Source: Candidatus Woesearchaeota archaeon (GTDB taxonomy: Archaea > Nanobdellota > Nanobdellia > Woesearchaeales > UBA10216). From it: DNA of 57,206 nucleotides. Shown here piece by piece: positions 1 to 9,572 of the stretch. Under the pieces are notes generated by a model. The model searched no databases and had not been told where the DNA came from. It saw nothing but the letters and a program-made list of their open reading frames with translations. Location: the NCBI GenBank assembly GCA_016180105.1, contig JACPBZ010000026.1, positions 1 to 57,206 on the forward strand, written 5' to 3'. The stretch's first letter is position 1, and every line of letters begins with the position of its first letter. The position numbers and the translations under genes were made by a program.

Positions 1-651
1 TATTATCTCAATTTGGCCGATTTCAGAAGTGTTTGCCACGTGTGTCCCGCCGTCTGCCTGCGTGTCTACATCGCCGATTTCCACTATTCGTAAATTTTCA
101 ACCTGCGGCGGCACGGCAGCAGCGAGCTTGACCATTCCGGGAATCTTCAGCGCATCCTCCCGGGGCATGAAGTACATTCTGACGGCTTGATTTCTTTTTA
201 TGGCGTTATTTGCCTCTTTTACGCACTCTTCTATCACGTTGCGGTCAAAATTCTCAAGGTTGAAGTCAAATCTTGCTTGTTCTGTTTCAATCTGGTTTCC
301 GGTTATGAGCGCTCCTGTTTTTTTGTTGATGACTGCTGAAAGTATGTGCGCTGCCGTGTGGTATCTCATCAGCTTGTGCCTTCTTTCCCAGTCAAGGGTG
401 CAGTGCGCGTCATCCCCAACTTTCAGTCCTTCCTTGTCAAGGTAGTGGATTAGCTTGCCGTTTTCCTTTTTGACATCGATAACTGTGTATTCGCCGCTGT
501 TGCTTGTTATCTTTCCCCGGTCAGAGGGCTGCCCTCCTCCGTGGTAGCAGAAGATTGTCTTGTCAAGCTCTGTTCTGTTTCCTTCAGTAGCGATTACCTT
601 CGCATCTGCCTCTTTGGTGTAGCAGTCGTCGAAAAACAGCATTTGCGTCAT
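1..651 (-). CDS. alaX: AlaX-M type alanyl-tRNA editing protein (3' end runs off the window)
   Basis: Hand translation from ATG 651: MTQMLFFDDCYTKE..CYHGGGQPSDRG..MRYHTAAHILS..QADGGTHVANTSEIG; HxxxH and GGTH editing motifs. Confidence 0.88.
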   Translation of the reverse strand, partial: MTQMLFFDDCYTKEADAKVIATEGNRTELDKTIFCYHGGGQPSDRGKITSNSGEYTVIDVKKENGKLIHYLDKEGLKVGDDAHCTLDWERRHKLMRYHTAAHILSAVINKKTGALITGNQIETEQARFDFNLENFDRNVIEECVKEANNAIKRNQAVRMYFMPREDALKIPGMVKLAAAVPPQVENLRIVEIGDVDTQADGGTHVANTSEIGQIEII

Positions 652-706
652 TGCGTGATGCCTTTTTCCCATAATTTTATATAATTATCGTTGCAGCTTT
701 GCTTTA

Positions 707-1582
707 ATGGTCAAGAAGGACGAGCCTGAACTTATGCTTATTGGCGGCCAGGCTGTGATTGAAGGCGTGCTGATGCGCAGCAAGGAAAAGGCTGCTGTAG
801 CCGTTCGCTCTGAATCTGGCAGGATTGTGGATAAGGAGTGGAAGCTTAGGTCGGCAAGGGGCTTTTTTCGTTATCCTGTGCTCAGGGGAGTTTATGTTCT
901 TTATGACACGCTTGTCCTTGGATTCAAGGCTCTTTCCTTTTCCGCGAATGCCGCAGCCGGTGAGGATGAGAAGGGAAAGGATGTCCTTGGCAAGCGTGAG
1001 ATGCTTGTTTCCTTTGCCTTTGCCATTTTCCTGGCGGTTGCCTTGTTTATCGCCGCGCCCTTGTTCCTTACTAAAGCGATTGTTGGCGGCAACGGCATCC
1101 TGTTCAACCTGGTTGACGGCATCTTTCGCCTTCTGGCCTTCCTTGGCTATCTTGTTTTTATTTCGATGTTCAAGGATGTTCGGAGAATCTTTGAGTATCA
1201 CGGCGCCGAGCATATGACTATTCACGCTTATGAGCATCACGAGCGCCTTTTGCCGGATAAAATCAGGAAATATCCAACTATGCACCCGCGCTGCGGCACG
1301 AGCTTCCTGCTGATTGTGATTCTTGTCAGCATATTGGCTTTTTCGGTCGTTAACCCGGAGGGCTTTGTGCCTAAGTTCCTTTCGAGGATTGTGTTGCTGC
1401 CTGTGATAGCAGGTCTCTCGTATGAGCTTCTCCGCTTGGGAGCAAGGTTTGAGAAGAACTTCGTGATGCGGCTTTTCGTGTTTCCTGGCATTCTTCTTCA
1501 GCGTATCACTACCAAGGAGCCTGACAAGGGCCAGATTCTGGTTGCTGTCGCTGCCCTTAAGTCTGTCTTGAGAAAAAGCTAG
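707..1582 (+). CDS. DUF1385 family membrane protein (putative metal-dependent)
   Basis: IGGQAVIEGVLMR, FEYHGAEH, HPRCGTSF, LQRITTKEPD signature motifs. Confidence 0.85.
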   Translation: MVKKDEPELMLIGGQAVIEGVLMRSKEKAAVAVRSESGRIVDKEWKLRSARGFFRYPVLRGVYVLYDTLVLGFKALSFSANAAAGEDEKGKDVLGKREMLVSFAFAIFLAVALFIAAPLFLTKAIVGGNGILFNLVDGIFRLLAFLGYLVFISMFKDVRRIFEYHGAEHMTIHAYEHHERLLPDKIRKYPTMHPRCGTSFLLIVILVSILAFSVVNPEGFVPKFLSRIVLLPVIAGLSYELLRLGARFEKNFVMRLFVFPGILLQRITTKEPDKGQILVAVAALKSVLRKS

Positions 1583-1755
1583 TGCTTGTTCCTTTCTTCT
1601 TTTTCAGTGTCCTGCTGTGAAACCTCGTCTATGAGGTCCTGCATCTGGCTTGCCTTCTCAATGGTGCCAACCTTGTCGCAGTAGGGGCACCTGTTCGGCA
1701 GCTTGTCTGTCTTTGGAAGGAACTGGTAGTTGCAGCTCGTGCAGTAAAGCTTCAT
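1579..1755 (-). CDS. 58-aa zinc-ribbon protein (not in ORF track)
   Basis: MKLYCTSCNYQFLPKTDKLPNRCPYCDKVGTIEKASQMQDLIDEV...; CxxC..CPxC; TATA-like TTTAAAT about 30 nt upstream. Confidence 0.75.
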   Translation of the reverse strand: MKLYCTSCNYQFLPKTDKLPNRCPYCDKVGTIEKASQMQDLIDEVSQQDTEKEERNKH

Positions 1756-1808
1756 GTTTTTTTTTCTTCGCGACTAAAGTATTTAAATTTTTTCCAAGAA
1801 GGATTTTT

Positions 1809-2387
1809 TCACTTCGTCCTGTTGTGTGCCCTGAGGCTTGGCCTTATCTTTTCTGAGCCGATTCCCTTGTGGAACAATCCTCTCCTTCTTTTTCCTGCTG
1901 AAGTCATTGCGCGGAATGCCCTTCGCCTCGAAGCCGGGTTTGTCGCAAGCCAGCTGAGGCTTTTGTCGTCAAGTATTGATGGGCTTTCCGGGTCGACCAG
2001 GATTATTTCGTACCAGTAATGTTTTCCATCCTGCCCTGCGTAGTAGGAGTTGAGGACTTCCATGTTTGGGAATTTCCTTGCCGCCCTTTCCTCTGCGACC
2101 TGCTGGTAGTTCTTGCTGAGGATCTTGTTTTGTCGTGAGTGTGATGTTTTCCTGACTTTCCTTATCTGTGGTCTTTGCCTTCCGCCCCTGTCAACCCGCT
2201 GCCTTACCATTATCACTCCTTGCTTTGCCTTGTATCCGAGTGAGTGTGCCCTGTCGAGCCTTGTGGGGGCCGGTATCCTGACAGTTGCTCCTTCAGTTCT
2301 CCACTTGATAAGCCTCTCTTTCTGGGCAGCTTCCCATTCTTCTGGCTGCTTCTGCCATTTTTTGCTTAGCTCAGAGTAAAGACTCAT
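1809..2387 (-). CDS. rpl15e: 50S ribosomal protein L15e
   Basis: PTRLDRAHSLGYKAKQG, VAEERAARKFPNMEVLNSY, IRPSLRA; start trimmed to ATG 2387. Confidence 0.97.
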   Translation of the reverse strand: MSLYSELSKKWQKQPEEWEAAQKERLIKWRTEGATVRIPAPTRLDRAHSLGYKAKQGVIMVRQRVDRGGRQRPQIRKVRKTSHSRQNKILSKNYQQVAEERAARKFPNMEVLNSYYAGQDGKHYWYEIILVDPESPSILDDKSLSWLATNPASRRRAFRAMTSAGKRRRGLFHKGIGSEKIRPSLRAHNRTK

Positions 2388-2487
2388 GACTGTGGGATTT
2401 TCGGAGTGCTTTATAAGTGTTGCGGTGAAGAATAGTGGTGTGGGATGGCAGTAACTTTTATAAGAAGGGCTTGTTAGTGGTTTTATT

Positions 2488-2805
2488 ATGAACTCCAATG
2501 ACAAGGTTTTGGCTGTGATGACCCACGTTCTTGGAATCTTTACTGGCTTTATCGGGCCTTTGGTTGTTTTTCTGGTCACTAAGAGCAAGCCTGTCAAGCG
2601 CCACGCGCGGAATGCGCTGAACTGGCAGTTGAGCAGGCTGATTTACACCCTGGTTTCCGTGGTGCTTGTCCTTGTCCTGGTTGGTTTTGTTTTCTTGATG
2701 ATTCTTTCTCTTGTCAATCTTGTCTTTTGCATTATCGCTGCCGTGAGGGCTGGCAATGGCGAGGAGTGGGAGTATCCGCTTTCGATAAGGTTCCTGAAGG
2801 CGTAA
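2488..2805 (+). CDS. DUF4870/Tic20-like membrane protein
   Basis: GPLVVFL..HARNALNWQLS..AAVRAGNGEEWEYPLSIRF. Confidence 0.8.
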   Translation: MNSNDKVLAVMTHVLGIFTGFIGPLVVFLVTKSKPVKRHARNALNWQLSRLIYTLVSVVLVLVLVGFVFLMILSLVNLVFCIIAAVRAGNGEEWEYPLSIRFLKA

Positions 2806-2886
2806 GCAGGCATCACAATATTTAAATAGAGCTTTGCCTCAAAGTGTTGCTATCCTTCAATAAGTACTAAGACTTGGGTGTGGTAA

Positions 2887-3882
2887 ATGGCTGCTGATTC
2901 CTTTATTGCTTTTGTTGAGAGATTTCCGGAGCACGTTTCAGAGGCTCGTAACCTTGGCCTTGACGTAAAGGTTTCCGGTGTGGACAAGGTTGTTGTTGCC
3001 GGGATTGGCGGCTCTGCCATTTCGGGTGACTTGCTTAAGAGTTACTGCTCGGAAAAGGCTCCTGGCTTGCACGTTCACGTTTCAAGGGGTTATGATGTTC
3101 CTGCTTTCACTGATAACAGGACGCTTGTCCTGGCGATTTCATATTCTGGAAACACTGAGGAGACGCTGTCTGCCGTCAAGTCGGCAATGAGGAAGGGTGC
3201 GAGGATTGTCGCCATTACTTCTGGGGGTAAGCTTATGCAGCAGGCTGAGCAGCTCAACCGGCCTGTTGTGGCCATTCCGGATGGCTTTCAGCCGAGGGCA
3301 GCCATGCCATATCTTTTCTTGCCCCTCCTTAACGTGCTTTTCAATGCAGGGCTTATTGCTGACCCTGCTCAGGAGATTTCTGCGGCTGCAGGTGCCCTGA
3401 AGGCTGCGTCTTCTGCGTATAGGGAGCGGGCGAGGATGCTGGCTGATAAGCTTGCGGGCAAGGTTCCACTGATTTACTCTTCTGAGAAAATGGCTGGGGT
3501 TGCCTACCGCTGGAAATGTGAGTTTAATGAGAATTCGAAGATTCACGCATTTAGCCACGTAATTCCAGAGCTTAACCACAATGAGCTTGTTGGCTACACT
3601 AGGCTGAACGCGAACTATTATGTTATTTTCCTTGAGGATGATTCTGATTTGAGGAGGGTCAAGGAGCGCATTAAGCTCACGAAGGAGCTTATTGGCGCCA
3701 AGGGGGTTCCGTCCACTCAGCTTGTGATAAAGGGTGATAATGTTCTTATGAAACTCCTGTCGGCAGTTTACATTGGCGATCTTGCAAGCGTCTACCTTGC
3801 TAAGCTTACCGGCGTGGACCCTGAGCCGGTGGCCATCATAGAGGATTTGAAGAAGCAGCTTCAGCGAGTGCCTTTTGTCTAG
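2887..3882 (+). CDS. pgi-pmi: bifunctional phosphoglucose/phosphomannose isomerase (SIS domains)
   Basis: GIGGSAISG, SYSGNTEET, QPRAA, RWKCEFNENSK, PELNHNE. Confidence 0.93.
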   Translation: MAADSFIAFVERFPEHVSEARNLGLDVKVSGVDKVVVAGIGGSAISGDLLKSYCSEKAPGLHVHVSRGYDVPAFTDNRTLVLAISYSGNTEETLSAVKSAMRKGARIVAITSGGKLMQQAEQLNRPVVAIPDGFQPRAAMPYLFLPLLNVLFNAGLIADPAQEISAAAGALKAASSAYRERARMLADKLAGKVPLIYSSEKMAGVAYRWKCEFNENSKIHAFSHVIPELNHNELVGYTRLNANYYVIFLEDDSDLRRVKERIKLTKELIGAKGVPSTQLVIKGDNVLMKLLSAVYIGDLASVYLAKLTGVDPEPVAIIEDLKKQLQRVPFV

Positions 3883-4118
3883 GCTTTGTAACTTCTCAGG
3901 ATAAGAATCGTTGCAGTTGCAGCAATGGCCGTGAGCAATATCCCAATCAGGAGCATTTTCCTGTCGCTTGCAAAGCCAAAAGGTATGAATCCGAGGAAGC
4001 CCACCACTGAGAACTTGGCGTTGCCTTTTCCCGCTGCAGATGCCAGACTGAGGAATATCGCTATTATCCCGATGAACGTGAGGAGGATTCCGAGCTGCAG
4101 GAGCTGGTTATTTGGCAT
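3879..4118 (-). CDS. small membrane protein (DUF131/TIGR00304-like)
   Basis: 79 aa, hydrophobic helices, GFLGFIPFGFASD motif. Confidence 0.65.
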   Translation of the reverse strand: MPNNQLLQLGILLTFIGIIAIFLSLASAAGKGNAKFSVVGFLGFIPFGFASDRKMLLIGILLTAIAATATILILRSYKA

Positions 4119-4416
4119 TTTCTGCTGAATAGGCTGTTTGGGGCTTTGGCTTGTATTGCTGCCAGCTTAATCGCCTGCCTTGGTGGGTGGTGACTTCCAC
4201 AAGCCCCGTTCCAGGTATGACCGTAAGCTTTTCTTCAGGGTTTCTTATTACGTATCTTGATTTTCCCTCGAGCATCAGGGGCACTTCTGCAAGCCTTTGG
4301 TCTACAAGAAGCACATAAAGCACTGCGTGGCCATCCAGTCCTGTATCAAAGTCAATTCCAAGATTATTCCCCTCGCCTATCAGCTTACTCAGGTGAATGT
4401 CCAGGCTTGTTACCAT
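4108..4416 (-). CDS. hypothetical protein
   Basis: 102-aa ATG ORF, TATA-like TTTAAAT upstream, overlaps the next gene's start. Confidence 0.55.
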   Translation of the reverse strand: MVTSLDIHLSKLIGEGNNLGIDFDTGLDGHAVLYVLLVDQRLAEVPLMLEGKSRYVIRNPEEKLTVIPGTGLVEVTTHQGRRLSWQQYKPKPQTAYSAENAK

Positions 4417-4492
4417 TCGTGATCTGGGCTGCTGATTGATTATTTAAATTTTTTTCATAAAATTTTTATGGCGCGCGTCTTCAGTTGCCGCC

Positions 4493-6796
4493 ATGCTAAT
4501 AAAGAGTGTGAAGCTTCATAACATTCGCAGTTACTTGAGCCAGGATGTGGCTATTCCTGAGGGCACTGTTCTTCTCTCAGGCGATATAGGCTCTGGAAAG
4601 TCCACTATTCTTCTTGCGATTGAGTTTGCGCTTTTCGGCATTAATAAGGGACTCCTTTCGGGTGAGGCGTTGCTTCGGAATGGCAAGCAGTCGGGCTTTG
4701 TTGAGCTTGCTTTCTCCTTTGATGGCCGTGATGTTGTGATACGGCGCAGCTTAAAGCGCGTGAAGGATTCCGTGCGGCAGGATGAGGGATTCATTTCTGT
4801 TAACGGCTTGAAGCAGTTCTGCACTGCTGATGAAATCAAGGCGCGCGTTCTGGAAATGCTTGGCTATCCTAAGGAGCTGCTGAGGAAGTCAAAAGGCCTG
4901 ATTTACCGCTTTACTGTTTACACTCCCCAGGAGGATATGAAGCGCATCCTGTTTGAGGACCCTCAGGCAAGGCTTGACACCTTGCGGAGGGTTTTTCAGA
5001 TTGAGAAGTACAAGCTTGTTCGTGAAGGCACTGCGATAGTCCTTCAGGCCCTCCGTGAAAGGCGCCGCGAGCTTGCAGCGAGAATTGAGGACCTTCCCCA
5101 GAAGCAGGAGCAGCTTTCAAAAATTTCGGGTGACTTGGCTGCAATTGATGCCCGGGCGAAAGTGTTGTTGCCTCTGATTGAGAGTTCTGAAACTTCTGTC
5201 AGCGAAAAGAAGGCGCAATTGAGGGCGCTTGAGGAAAAGTCCAGGGAGATCTCTCTGTTGAAAAGCAGGTTTGCGGCATTAATTGCTATTTTTGAGGAAA
5301 AAAGGAGCTTGATGGCGCTGCGGGAAAAGGAAGTCAGCTCTCTGAAAAGTGAAATAGCATTGCTCCAAGAAGGGTTATCTGATAATTCCTCTGCCTTGTC
5401 ACAGCTTTCATTCTCGCTCTCAAGGCTCAAGTCTTTTTCGGATTATCTCCTGGGTGACATTGGTGCTAAAAAGCAGCTTGAGGGGGAATTAGCTTCTGCT
5501 GAGCAGCTTAAGTCCGAGGCGGAATCTGAGCTGGGCAGGAATGAGGCGCTTAAGGCGTCTGCGCAGCAGCTTTTGGAAAAAATATCTGCCCTGTCAAGCT
5601 GCCCTACCTGCCTTCAGCCTGTTGAATCCGGCCACAAGCATAGTGTTTCAGCCGAGCAGGAGAGCAGGATTGCTGGTTTTGCAGTGAACATCGCGTCGGC
5701 TTCTGGAAGAAAGTCATCATCGCTCCAGAGGATAATCTCTCTTAGGACAAGGCTTGTTGATATTCAGTCGAAGGAGAAGATTGTTGCAGTGCTTTCTTCC
5801 GAGCTTAAGCCTTACTTTGAGTTGGCGTCTGTTTTCAATGTCAGCCTGCATTCGCAGCAGGTTCAGCAGTTTGGGAACCAGTCTCAGGTCTTGCAGCAGG
5901 CGATGAGGCCTGTTCTCTCCGTGGCCGAAATGCAGGCGGAGCTTTCCATTCTTTCCTCTGCAAGGAAAGCTTTGGACGCCTCAAGGGAGCGCACGCTGCT
6001 TGCTTCAGAGAAGGAGAAGGTTATTTCGCTCGCGGAGCGTCAGGTGAGCTCGTGGAAGTCAGAGCTTCAGGCTCTTGATTCTGAGAAGGGAATTCTTTTA
6101 GCGTCGATTGAGCGTTTTGGGGATGTTCAGGCAGAGTCAGCGGCTCTTCACTCTGAATTGGACAGGCTTGTTAATGACCATACGGCCTTGATGATGCAAA
6201 AAGCCGCCCTTGAACGGGAAATCGAGAGCCTTTCAGCGGCGGCAAAATCCCTTGCTGGGGAAATCGCGCGAAAGGAGTCTGCAAGGAAGGAGCTTGAAAG
6301 CTCATCCAACCTGGCTTTTTGGCTTGATGAGATGTTTACGGGCCTTGTTTCCGTTATTGAACGGCACGTCATGATGAAAGTTCATCAGGAATTTAATGTC
6401 CTTTTCAGGGATTGGTTCACGATGCTGATGGGCACGGATTCGCTCTCGGCGAGGATTGATGAGGAGTTTACTCCTGTTGTGGAGCAGGATGGCTTTGACA
6501 CCCCGATTGAAAATCTTTCAGGGGGAGAGAAGACGAGTTGCGCGCTCGCATACAGGCTTGCTCTCAATGTGGTCATAAACAATCTCGTTTCCACAATCCG
6601 CACAAAGGATTTGCTCATTCTCGATGAGCCCACTGATGGTTTCAGCTCAGAGCAGCTTGACAAGCTTCGCGATGTGCTGATGCAGATGCAGCTGCCGCAG
6701 GTCATAATCGTGAGCCACGAGGACAAGATTGAGAGTTTTGTCCAGCACGTCATACGCGTCCAGAAGGAGCAGCACGTCAGCAGGGTTGTGGCATAA
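4493..6796 (+). CDS. rad50: Rad50/SbcC-type SMC ATPase with zinc hook
   Basis: Walker A GDIGSGKS, coiled coils, central CPTC hook, signature LSGGE, Walker B LILDEPT, VSH. Confidence 0.88.
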   Translation: MLIKSVKLHNIRSYLSQDVAIPEGTVLLSGDIGSGKSTILLAIEFALFGINKGLLSGEALLRNGKQSGFVELAFSFDGRDVVIRRSLKRVKDSVRQDEGFISVNGLKQFCTADEIKARVLEMLGYPKELLRKSKGLIYRFTVYTPQEDMKRILFEDPQARLDTLRRVFQIEKYKLVREGTAIVLQALRERRRELAARIEDLPQKQEQLSKISGDLAAIDARAKVLLPLIESSETSVSEKKAQLRALEEKSREISLLKSRFAALIAIFEEKRSLMALREKEVSSLKSEIALLQEGLSDNSSALSQLSFSLSRLKSFSDYLLGDIGAKKQLEGELASAEQLKSEAESELGRNEALKASAQQLLEKISALSSCPTCLQPVESGHKHSVSAEQESRIAGFAVNIASASGRKSSSLQRIISLRTRLVDIQSKEKIVAVLSSELKPYFELASVFNVSLHSQQVQQFGNQSQVLQQAMRPVLSVAEMQAELSILSSARKALDASRERTLLASEKEKVISLAERQVSSWKSELQALDSEKGILLASIERFGDVQAESAALHSELDRLVNDHTALMMQKAALEREIESLSAAAKSLAGEIARKESARKELESSSNLAFWLDEMFTGLVSVIERHVMMKVHQEFNVLFRDWFTMLMGTDSLSARIDEEFTPVVEQDGFDTPIENLSGGEKTSCALAYRLALNVVINNLVSTIRTKDLLILDEPTDGFSSEQLDKLRDVLMQMQLPQVIIVSHEDKIESFVQHVIRVQKEQHVSRVVA

Positions 6797-6886
6797 ACTA
6801 AGGCACTAAACTGCTGCAAACGCTGCTAGTCCTGTGAGGATATATGCCAAGTCAGATTTCTCAATCGTAACCAATTCTTTTGTATT

Positions 6887-7095
6887 TGGGATTTAATGTC
6901 GGAATTCCACTATTCTCTGAATAGTGGTTTACGCAGTAAACCGTAATTGATATGTGGAATTCTGAGCACTAAGCAGCATCGGTGTTGACCGATGCGCAGA
7001 CAGCACCGACATCAGTCGATGCGCAGAGACAGCAAAGCTGTCTCTGAACCACCAGTCACTATGGTTATTAAATCCCACCCGTTTCTGACGGGTGG
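6887..7095. repeat. highly structured intergenic element (MITE-like or ncRNA) bounded by an 11-bp inverted repeat
   Basis: TGGGATTTAAT 6887-6897 / ATTAAATCCCA 7067-7077 enclose at least 6 hairpins; extra hairpin CCACCCGT/ACGGGTGG at 7075-7095. Confidence 0.6.
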
Positions 7096-7268
7096 TTCTT
7101 TAGTAAGCCTTTCCCAGCTTTTTCTGTAATTTTCCTGAGATTACGTGAATGTTGTGGTAGTTGTCGAATTTCTTCCACAGTTCAGTTTTTTTTTCGCGTA
7201 AAATATTCGCCGTTGCCGTGAATCTTCCATAAGCCTTTTAAACAATCTTCTGCTCCGTTTCCTGCATT

Positions 7269-7340
7269 GGGGCCGTGGTCCAGTTGGTAAGACATACCCT
7301 TGGGGTGGGTATAACCCGGGTTCGAATCCTGGCGGCCCCA
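7269..7340 (+). tRNA. tRNA-Pro(GGG), intronless
   Basis: Full cloverleaf: GGGGCCG/CGGCCCC acceptor, TACCC/GGGTA anticodon stem, loop TTGGGGT, TTCGAAT T-loop; TTTTAAA box at 7236. Confidence 0.95.
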
Positions 7341-7361
7341 CTTGTGAAGCAAGGGCCGCAA

Positions 7362-7460
7362 GGCTACGAGCATCAGCGAGTTTGTCCAGTGACCGGTGGG
7401 TTGCTGGGCTACGAGCATCAGCGAGTTTGTCCAGTGACCGGTGGGTTGCTGGGCTACGAG
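7362..7460 (+). repeat. 45-bp tandem repeat, 2.2 copies
   Basis: Identical units start at 7362 and 7407, partial unit at 7452. Confidence 0.9.
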
Positions 7461-7498
7461 TCCACAATTTTTTTAGCTGGGATTGTTTTCCCGCTCCC

Positions 7499-7987
7499 AT
7501 GGCTTCACAAAAGCTTACTGACGCGGAAATTGGGAGCGTGCTTTCTCTCATTTTCCCAATGAGTGAAGCATCCTGCCTGGGCTTGTTTTTGGAAGAAAGG
7601 GCATTGCAGCCCTGGTTTAAGCTGTTGAAATCATCGCGAGTTATTGAGATAGGGCCTGGGCTTAACCCAATCGCAAGCTATTTTCCCTGCGGCGAATATG
7701 TTGCTGCAGAAGCCCATACTGGGATAGATGGTTTGACAGTGTTGAGGAGGCAGCCTGAAAGGAGTGCTGTTGTCGTTTCTTTCAATGTTATTGACGATTT
7801 TGTTTTGGGAGCGGGCTATGAACTCTATGGGGAGGCTCTTAATTCCCGTTATGCCTGCGAATTGGCTGAAGAGATAAAACGCGTCATGAATCCCTTTGCG
7901 ATTATCCTCGGGGCAGATGCCACGAAATATCTTGGCCGACCTGACATTCCCGCTTTGAATTTTGGAGGGGTTTACCTTCCCCAGTAA
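7499..7987 (+). CDS. hypothetical protein, possible class I SAM-methyltransferase-like fragment
   Basis: ATG 7499; VIEIGPG resembles SAM-binding motif I. Confidence 0.5.
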   Translation: MASQKLTDAEIGSVLSLIFPMSEASCLGLFLEERALQPWFKLLKSSRVIEIGPGLNPIASYFPCGEYVAAEAHTGIDGLTVLRRQPERSAVVVSFNVIDDFVLGAGYELYGEALNSRYACELAEEIKRVMNPFAIILGADATKYLGRPDIPALNFGGVYLPQ

Positions 7988-8046
7988 CTGCCACAAAGTA
8001 TATAAATACCCCTGGCCAGTTTTAATGCTGCTCGGGGTTTTATCAA

Positions 8047-9525
8047 ATGCTTAAGCTGCAAAAGGGTGTGTTCTCACAGTTTGTGATTGCGTCCATAGTC
8101 TTTTTTGCCCTTTCGCTGAGTGCTCACGCCCAGGAAGAATTTGCCAACCAGGACTTTTCCGTCTCCATAACTGCAGTTAACAATTCAATCTTTCTTGATG
8201 GCCAGGCCCTTTTTGACCTTACCATAACAAATTTGAAGAATTTTCAGGATACTTTCAGGATTTCTGTTCCCGATATTGAATGGAGCGTGCAGTCAGACCC
8301 GCTCTACCACTACTTTTCAGGCGTTGATGTGCGCGGCTTCGGCTCCCAGACAGTGAGGCTGCTTCTCAAGCCTACCGTGGCCTTTCCCCCAGGGCTTAGG
8401 GCAGTTAACCTTGACGTGACTTCGGTCAATGGTAAGGAGAGCCAGCAGCTTTCAACATTCGTGAACATCCGCTCAAACTATCAGCTCATTCAGGAATACC
8501 TGGCTGCGGTTAGCAGGCTTGTTGAGATACCGTCGCAAATAGATCCCAGGAATGAGTTTGAGATAAAGGTCAACCTGATTAATCGCAATCCCAAGAACAT
8601 TTCTGAGCTTAGGGTGGTTCTGACAAGCGTGTCAAGCAGCCTGATAAGGGAGGAAATAGTGACTAACCTCCAGCCCTTGGAAAGCAAGGAAGTCTCAACA
8701 AAGGTCAAGCTTGACCCGTTGACCTCACCGACAAAGGATACGCTCAGGGTTGTGATTTTTGTCGGCAACAAGCCGCTTGAGCCAACCATATTTGAGAAAT
8801 TTGAGGTAATAAGCTACTCTGACTTCAAGCCCGTGAAGTCTGATAGAAGGGGCTCTTTTTTCAGGTGGGTCAATGAGACAACGTACGTTAATGATGGCAA
8901 TGTGAAAACCACGAAAGTGGTTGAAACTGAGACTAGCTTCCTGAAGTCGCTGTTTACGAAGTCTGACCCGAAGGCGTTTACCATTAGCAAGGGCGGCAAG
9001 AGGTATGAGGCGTGGGAGCTTTCGCTCCGGCCGCAGGAGACAACCACGGTCAGGGTAGTAGAGAGCTACCGCTCGATATTTTACTTGTTGCTGATTGCGC
9101 TCATTTCCCTGCTCGCTTACCGCTTCTTCCAGAGCCCAGTGCAGCTTGTCAAGGAGGCAAGCGCGATAAGCTACAAGGAAGGTGGCGTTTCCGAGCTTAA
9201 GGTAATCCTTCGCGTCAGGAACAGGTCTTCCCAGCCTTACATCAAGCTTACCGTGATGGACAGGGTTCCGATGATTGCAGAGGTTGAGCACGATGCGATG
9301 GGCACATTGAAGCCCACTACTGTTTTCAACGACGGCCGCGGTTCTGTTGTGAAGTGGGAGCTTGAGAGCCTTGACAAGCACGAGGAGCGCATCCTGGCTT
9401 ACAAGATAAGGTCCAAGCTTAGCATTCTTGGCCAGTTCACCCTGCCCAGGGGCTCGTTGAGGTTCTATACTGAGAAGAACGTGAAGTTCATCGCAAAATC
9501 TAATACAGTCACGATAAAGCCATGA
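8047..9525 (+). CDS. exported, membrane-anchored beta-sandwich surface protein
   Basis: Signal peptide (..SAHA/Q), Ig-like segments, one TM helix (IFYLLLIALISLLAY), C-terminal domain after it. Confidence 0.75.
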   Translation: MLKLQKGVFSQFVIASIVFFALSLSAHAQEEFANQDFSVSITAVNNSIFLDGQALFDLTITNLKNFQDTFRISVPDIEWSVQSDPLYHYFSGVDVRGFGSQTVRLLLKPTVAFPPGLRAVNLDVTSVNGKESQQLSTFVNIRSNYQLIQEYLAAVSRLVEIPSQIDPRNEFEIKVNLINRNPKNISELRVVLTSVSSSLIREEIVTNLQPLESKEVSTKVKLDPLTSPTKDTLRVVIFVGNKPLEPTIFEKFEVISYSDFKPVKSDRRGSFFRWVNETTYVNDGNVKTTKVVETETSFLKSLFTKSDPKAFTISKGGKRYEAWELSLRPQETTTVRVVESYRSIFYLLLIALISLLAYRFFQSPVQLVKEASAISYKEGGVSELKVILRVRNRSSQPYIKLTVMDRVPMIAEVEHDAMGTLKPTTVFNDGRGSVVKWELESLDKHEERILAYKIRSKLSILGQFTLPRGSLRFYTEKNVKFIAKSNTVTIKP

Positions 9526-9572
9526 GATATCGCCATAATCTTTATAAACGTCCTTCAAACTTCTCACGTTAT

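Noticed and set aside
7099..7230. RNase P-like ACAGAA..GGCTTA words or a short ORF on the - strand
   Set aside because: Wrong spacing and no GAGGAAAGTCC partner; the protein-like frame has no start codon.
7362..7460. Possible CRISPR mini-array
   Set aside because: Units are fully identical head to tail with no unique spacers; no cas genes in the window.
7141..7562. ORF-track calls overlapping tRNA-Pro and the tandem repeat
   Set aside because: They are translations of the tRNA and repeat sequence, not plausible proteins.
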